Source of the DNA: Chthoniobacterales bacterium
GTDB taxonomy: Bacteria; Verrucomicrobiota; Verrucomicrobiia; Chthoniobacterales; Chthoniobacteraceae
NCBI GenBank assembly: GCA_038207335.1
Contig: JBBQZX010000014.1
Span: 1 to 64,000, forward strand
Direction of reading: 5' to 3'
Length of the DNA: 64,000 nt
Positions 58,937 through 64,000 of the stretch are shown here, piece by piece. The position numbers and the translations under genes are program-made. How positions within the stretch are numbered: position 1 is the first letter of the stretch; each line of letters begins with the position of its first letter. A model generated the notes under the pieces. It was not told the origin of the DNA, ran no database searches, and was given only the letters and a program-made list of their open reading frames with translations.

Positions 58937-60274
58937 TCATCGCTTCACTTTGCCGCTCGGAGTGAGCGGCAGGCTCGCGACAAACGTGAAATCGACGGGG
59001 ACTTTGTAGCGTGAGAGCGATGTCCGGCAATGCGCCGCGAGGGCGGAGATGGCAGGCGGATTCGCGTGGTCGAAGGGCACGATTTCGGCGACAGGCACAG
59101 CACCGACGCGCGGATGCGGCTTGCCGGAGACGCGCGCGAGCCGCACGCCAGGCACGGCGCAAAGGACCGCTTCGATTTCCTCGGGAAAGCATTTGAGGCC
59201 GGCGACATTGATGACGGAGTGGGAGCGACCTTCGAGGAAGACGTCGCCGTCAGAGTCGACGCGTCCCAGGTCGCCGGTGCGAAACCAACCGTCGTGGAGG
59301 ATGTCACCACGCGTGCGCCACGGGCTGAGATACGCGTCGAGCATTCCCGGTCCGCGAAGAAAGATTTCACCATCGCGCACCTCGCAAACGTAGTCTGGAA
59401 GCGGTTTTCCGACCGATGCCGGTTTCTCGCGCGGGGCTTTGAGATTGAGCAGAGGCAGGCCGACTTCGATGACACCCAGCCCCTGCGAGAGCGGGATGCC
59501 AAAGCGCCTTTCAAACGCCTCAGCCGTGACGAGAGGGAGCGTCGCGGCGGTGGATACAGCCAGCCGGAGCGTGGGCCACGGAAGGCCCGATGTCTCTGCT
59601 GCGAGCAACGCGTGATGAAACGGCGCACCGTAAAGCACTGTGCCACCGTGCGCGCGGGCGGCCGCAAGCACGTCCTCGGCGAGGTGCGAGGTGACGATCA
59701 CCGTGGCCGCACCGCTCAGCAGATATAGCATGATCGAGACCGCGAAATGATGGGCCATCGGTAGAATCCAGACGACGCGATCTTGCGGCGAAATCTGGAG
59801 GCCACGATTGGCCGCGGTGATGCGCTCGATGAGCCGTTCGTGAGAAAGCACGATGCCTTTGCTTCGACCCGTGGTGCCGGAGCTAAAGCGGATGAACGCG
59901 GGATTGATCGCCGCGAGATCTGCCTCGGCAAATGAAAGGACCGCAGGGATGGAGATTTCTCGGACGGCGCCCGAGCCATCGACGATCGCGCCTATTCCCG
60001 TCTCGGCGATTAGGCGCGCGCGCTCAGGTGGAGCGAGTTCGCTGGCGATCGGGACGAGACATTTTCCGGCGCGCACGATGGCGAGCGCGAGCACGACATG
60101 GGCGATGCCGTTTGGGCAATCGAGCCCGACTCGCGCGCAATTCAGCGCCGCAATCGGTCGCGCGGCAACCTCGGCCATTTCAATCAGTCGGCCGTAAGAG
60201 ACCTCTGCGCCATCCGCGATGAGCGCGATGGCCGAGCGATCCGCGCTGCGGAAAATCTCATCGACGATGTTCAT
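58937..60274 (-). CDS. AMP-dependent acyl/aryl ligase (ANL superfamily)
   Basis: FSSGTTGRSKG, FRTGDLG, GR...INVAGLK..PEEIE, PLTPSGK; ATGA-coupled start at 60274. Confidence 0.92.
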   Translation of the reverse strand: MNIVDEIFRSADRSAIALIADGAEVSYGRLIEMAEVAARPIAALNCARVGLDCPNGIAHVVLALAIVRAGKCLVPIASELAPPERARLIAETGIGAIVDGSGAVREISIPAVLSFAEADLAAINPAFIRFSSGTTGRSKGIVLSHERLIERITAANRGLQISPQDRVVWILPMAHHFAVSIMLYLLSGAATVIVTSHLAEDVLAAARAHGGTVLYGAPFHHALLAAETSGLPWPTLRLAVSTAATLPLVTAEAFERRFGIPLSQGLGVIEVGLPLLNLKAPREKPASVGKPLPDYVCEVRDGEIFLRGPGMLDAYLSPWRTRGDILHDGWFRTGDLGRVDSDGDVFLEGRSHSVINVAGLKCFPEEIEAVLCAVPGVRLARVSGKPHPRVGAVPVAEIVPFDHANPPAISALAAHCRTSLSRYKVPVDFTFVASLPLTPSGKVKR

Positions 60275-61557
60275 GAATTCCGGGCCGAAAACGCGGTTTG
60301 CGCGAGAGTTCGCTGAATTGCGTCGCATACTAATTCCGCGGAGCACTCTCCGCGCGCGGCGAAATGCGCGGCGGCGATGCCGGCGGCTTCGCCGGTCGCG
60401 AGGCAGGTGCCGATCACGCGGATCGACGCCTGCGCTTCGTGGCTGCACGAGATGCAGCGTCCGGCGGCGAAAAGATTGGCGTGATCGCGGGCTCGCAGTG
60501 CGCCGAGCGGGATTCCGCACGGCTGGTTGTCTGCGGGAAAGCGCAGGCGCGCGCCGCGGTTTGTTTCGCGCAATTCCATCGGCCATGTCGCGAGCGCGAC
60601 GGTGTGGGCGGGCATCGTGCTGTTTTCGAGATCAGCGGTTTCGAGTCTTGTCTGGCCGATGATTTGACGGCTTTCACGAATTCCGACGCGGGCTGGAAAT
60701 GCGGCAATGTAGCTCCCGGCAAATCCCGGGACTTCGGCACGCAGGAAGTCGGCGACGCGCACCGCGAGATCACGTCCGCGCATCTCCAAATCGGTCAAGC
60801 ACGCGGAGTCCAGCGGATCGTAGCCGGATGCGTCGAGGTCGATGGTGACATATGCCTCCCCCGCCCGACCGCTCGCGCGAATCGCCGCGCCGAGCGCACC
60901 CGCAGGCAGCGCGGCGGATTGGACCGCAGTGGCGATGCGGCGCGCGATGCGGAGACGTCCATCATCCGCTAGCGCGCAGGCATCCACACCGGTCAGCGCG
61001 AAAATGAACGCGGGCCGTTGCAAGCGATCGCTCGACTCCTGCTCGCACGCCGCGCCGCCGAGTTTGGCGGCAACCGCATCGCCGCTCGCATCGACGATCG
61101 CCGCCGCGCGCACCTTCTGCGCGCGACCGCGGCACAGCACCGTTGCACTGCGAAAGTCCCGATCGATCGCGACGACCTCCGAGTGAAACAGCACGGCGAG
61201 ATTTTCAGCATCCCGCACCATCTCGTCGGCGAGTTGCGCGAATGCCGGAGGCTGCTGCAAAAGCACATCGACGCGGCCCATTCGCACCGGCCCATTTGCG
61301 CCGCCGCGCGCGATCAGTCGCGAAGCGAATTCCATCGGGAACCCCGGATTCGCAAACACCGCGTCGCTGGGCGATCCATCCATCGGCGGCAACCGGTAAA
61401 GCCCGCAGATCGAGTGCACGAGCGCCGCGGGTGCCATCCCTCCGAGAGAGCCACCGCGCTCGACGAGCACTGTCCGAGCGCCAGCCCGCTCCGCGCCGAT
61501 CGCGGCCGCAAGCCCGGCGCTGCCACCACCGATCACGAGTACATCGACTTCCATCAT
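60271..61557 (-). CDS. FAD-dependent oxidoreductase (FAD_oxidored-like)
   Basis: DVLVIGGGSAG, DASGD, GIRESR, IP..AL, NL..AGRCIS, GEAAGIAAA. Confidence 0.88.
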   Translation of the reverse strand: MMEVDVLVIGGGSAGLAAAIGAERAGARTVLVERGGSLGGMAPAALVHSICGLYRLPPMDGSPSDAVFANPGFPMEFASRLIARGGANGPVRMGRVDVLLQQPPAFAQLADEMVRDAENLAVLFHSEVVAIDRDFRSATVLCRGRAQKVRAAAIVDASGDAVAAKLGGAACEQESSDRLQRPAFIFALTGVDACALADDGRLRIARRIATAVQSAALPAGALGAAIRASGRAGEAYVTIDLDASGYDPLDSACLTDLEMRGRDLAVRVADFLRAEVPGFAGSYIAAFPARVGIRESRQIIGQTRLETADLENSTMPAHTVALATWPMELRETNRGARLRFPADNQPCGIPLGALRARDHANLFAAGRCISCSHEAQASIRVIGTCLATGEAAGIAAAHFAARGECSAELVCDAIQRTLAQTAFSARNS

Positions 61558-62891
61558 GCGGGTGTTTCGAGAGCCCGCTTGCCGAGCAAATCCGTCATCG
61601 TTTGTTCGACCATGATGCGCTTTTCATCGTCGGTGACGCACTCGTCGCGCCATGAAAATGTGATGTTCATCTGACCGGCGCGGTCGCCAAAAAAGATGCC
61701 TGTCCCGGGCGGTGCGCCAAGACACGGGAGGTGGTAGGCATTCGTGATCGCTGCACCGGCGAATGCGTTGATCTCGGGAGCGAAAGTTCCGGTGTGCGAA
61801 TGGAAAAACGAGGCGATCTCGCCTTTGAACTGGAACCTAACGACGCGCATGAAAACCCAGGACGGCAGCCGCATCATCAGCTCCAGCACCGTGCTGAATG
61901 ACTGGTCAAGACGCGCGCGCGACATCTCGATGAATTGCGTTTTCATCGATCGCGCGGTTTCCTCGATGGTGCCGAGATGCGCGCGGATCGCGCTGAAGAA
62001 AAAGACGCTTACCTGATTGTGAAATAGCGGTCCCCGCGCGCCTCGCCTTCTCGTTTGCACCGGCACGTTTGCGACGTATCCGCGCGGCGATTTTCCCCGA
62101 TGCTCGAAGACCCGATCATGCGCCCGGGCGGTGCAGGCGAGCAGATAGGCGAGCGGGAAAAGTTCACCGGTAGTTTCCGCGATGCGCCCCGTGACTATGC
62201 TCGTCTGCGCCGGATTGAGCGTCACCACTTGATAGGAACATCCGCGTCCGCCAGGCCGTCCATTGGAAAGCGAGGGCGCTCCGATTTTCACCAACTCGTC
62301 AAAGAGGATGACCATTCCTTTTGTCTTCTTGATTCGCTCGCGGAACGACGCGTCCAACGGCGGCTCCTCCTTCGCTTCGCACGGCTCGTCGATGCCGTCG
62401 CAGAGCCGCGCGAGCTCCCCCAGCACGAGTTCCGCGCCTTTGCCATCGACGATCAGGTGCAGCCACGAAAAGCACAGTAGCGCAGTGCCATCCACGCGCC
62501 TCACGACATCGAGGCGGGCGTTGAAATTCATACCGTCGCGGGCAAGCGGCTCGGCGGCGATTCTCTGCAGGGCGATGTCGAGACTTTCACCCCGAACCAG
62601 CTCCCAGACGCGCATCGGCAGGCCACCAATGGGTGGCTCAGGGACGTCCCAAAATGGCAGCCATGTCCGCCAATCGCGTCGGAGTCGCGCGGCTAGGATC
62701 GGGTGCTTTTCCACGAGCCGGCACGAGGCGGCGCGCAGCGTCTCCTGATCGGGCGCGCGCTCCAATTCGAGCACGGAAATGCTGATATGCGCCCCCTGCC
62801 CCGTGCGCCGCATGAATGAATCGAGCGCGAGCAGGAAGCAATCGGCGACGCGGACGGGGATTCGGCTGACGCCTTTCGCCGCGACCGCCAT
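61554..62891 (-). CDS. Stand-alone condensation-domain/CAT-fold acyltransferase
   Basis: HPIL..RL; active-site HLIVDG (HxxxDG); VPVQTR; 445 aa, the size of a single C domain. Confidence 0.75.
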   Translation of the reverse strand: MAVAAKGVSRIPVRVADCFLLALDSFMRRTGQGAHISISVLELERAPDQETLRAASCRLVEKHPILAARLRRDWRTWLPFWDVPEPPIGGLPMRVWELVRGESLDIALQRIAAEPLARDGMNFNARLDVVRRVDGTALLCFSWLHLIVDGKGAELVLGELARLCDGIDEPCEAKEEPPLDASFRERIKKTKGMVILFDELVKIGAPSLSNGRPGGRGCSYQVVTLNPAQTSIVTGRIAETTGELFPLAYLLACTARAHDRVFEHRGKSPRGYVANVPVQTRRRGARGPLFHNQVSVFFFSAIRAHLGTIEETARSMKTQFIEMSRARLDQSFSTVLELMMRLPSWVFMRVVRFQFKGEIASFFHSHTGTFAPEINAFAGAAITNAYHLPCLGAPPGTGIFFGDRAGQMNITFSWRDECVTDDEKRIMVEQTMTDLLGKRALETPA

Positions 62892-62895
62892 CGCG

Positions 62896-63168
62896 CTACG
62901 CAGCGCGTGCGGTGTGCTCGCGGATGCGCTGCGCGAGATGCCGGGTCGTGCTGAAGTTGTGCCGCGTCAGATCGCTCTCCGGGATCGCCACGCCGTATTC
63001 CTCCTCGACGAGCACGAGAAGCTGCATGATCGCCATCGAATCGAGCCCGTTATCATACAGATTAGAGTCCGCATCGAAGCCGGGCTGAGTCTCTAGCAAC
63101 CGCTCGCGAATGAGAGTCACCAGTTGTTTTTCGAGCGGTTCGTGGGCGGGAATCGGTTGGCTGGCCAT
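62896..63168 (-). CDS. Acyl/peptidyl carrier protein
   Basis: GLDSM phosphopantetheine site; EEEYGVAIP; 90 aa, acidic. Confidence 0.92.
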   Translation of the reverse strand: MASQPIPAHEPLEKQLVTLIRERLLETQPGFDADSNLYDNGLDSMAIMQLLVLVEEEYGVAIPESDLTRHNFSTTRHLAQRIREHTARAA

Positions 63169-63186
63169 CGTTTGGAGCGCGGTGAT

Positions 63187-64000
63187 CTAGCCGACCGGAC
63201 GGAGCGAGTCAAGCGGCAGGCTGGCGAGCATTTCGCGGTGTTCCGCGACGGTCGCACGCCCCTGTTCCACGCAGCGCGCTCCGACTTTTCCGAGCGACAG
63301 GATGCCGGGCCGCGTAGCCTCCGTACGGAGGAAAAGCACGCGCTTTCCAGCAGCGTGCGCGAGCTCGGTTTTAAGCCTCAGCAGCTCGCCGCAGATGATT
63401 TCGTGCGAAAGCCCCGCCGCTCCCGCGATGGTGAGCCGCGTCTGATTTTCGCGCACCGCTGAGCCGTGGCTGTCCACGCTGTGGACAATGATCGTGTCGA
63501 TCTCTGGGTCGCCGATCCAGTGATCGAAAGGGAGCGCATTCGCAATGCCACCGTCCCAATAGATCTGCCCGCCGATCTCGCGCGCGGCGAACATTCCGGG
63601 ATACGCGCCGCTCGCGAGGATGAATTCGGCGAGCGGCCCGCGTGTTGCGATTTCAGTGCGCGCGGCGGTGAGATTCGTGACTGCGATCGCGAGCCGTGGA
63701 GCGGTGCACTCCTCGATCCGGCGTCCTCCGATGTGGGATTTCAAAAGCGCGAGCGCGTGATGTCCGCGCACCGCTCCGAGATGGCCGGGACGATTCGCGA
63801 CCGTGGCGAGGCTGCGGAAAGGCGCGCCCATTTCGAAAAAAGTGCGGCGCAAATCGGGATGGAGCAGTAGCTCGATCACGCGCTGCGGCTCGAGCCCGGC
63901 CGCTAGCAGGCCGGCGACGAGCGCACCCGCCGAGGCGCCGCTGAGAGCGACGGGGCGGATGCCGAGTTCCATGAGCGCGCCCATGAAACCGGCGTGCGCG
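63187..64000 (-). CDS. Patatin-like phospholipase/acyl hydrolase (5' end beyond window)
   Basis: AHAGF, GASAG nucleophile elbow, WDGG; frame is open at the window edge. Confidence 0.9.
   Translation of the reverse strand, partial: AHAGFMGALMELGIRPVALSGASAGALVAGLLAAGLEPQRVIELLLHPDLRRTFFEMGAPFRSLATVANRPGHLGAVRGHHALALLKSHIGGRRIEECTAPRLAIAVTNLTAARTEIATRGPLAEFILASGAYPGMFAAREIGGQIYWDGGIANALPFDHWIGDPEIDTIIVHSVDSHGSAVRENQTRLTIAGAAGLSHEIICGELLRLKTELAHAAGKRVLFLRTEATRPGILSLGKVGARCVEQGRATVAEHREMLASLPLDSLRPVG

Overview
High-GC bacterial chromosomal segment, most likely Verrucomicrobiota (Chthoniobacter/Spartobacteria-like). This taxonomy is inferred from PVC-type DUF1552/DUF1592 and CxxCH proteins, a nusA-infB-rbfA-DHH-truB-ribF operon without rimP, and a PVC-type WXG100 protein. 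From left to right: (1) the decayed end of an element integrated at the 3' end of tRNA-Lys(UUU), with a truncated P1B-type ATPase and a frameshifted Nu1-like HTH gene; (2) the nusA operon, aroE and an orphan WXG100 gene; (3) a modular secreted phosphoesterase, an RND pump, a histone-H1-like protein and an lptG-like gene; (4) a ~17 kb accessory block (22.4-39.6 kb) of secreted enzymes with several lesions, including a cluster that reads as a periplasmic sugar-oxidation pathway; (5) hflX, a 1562-aa coiled-coil protein and lptF; (6) from 48.3 kb to the window end, an apparently uncharacterised carrier-protein-based biosynthetic system. It comprises patatin, ACP, a stand-alone condensation-like enzyme, an FAD oxidoreductase, an AMP ligase, a halogenase-like flavoprotein and a methyltransferase, plus a second halogenase-like gene and a LolA-MMPL-Dus operon; no ketosynthase is visible in the window. 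No CRISPR array, rRNA, integrase or transposase was seen. All family calls come from motif recognition by eye; no searches were run.
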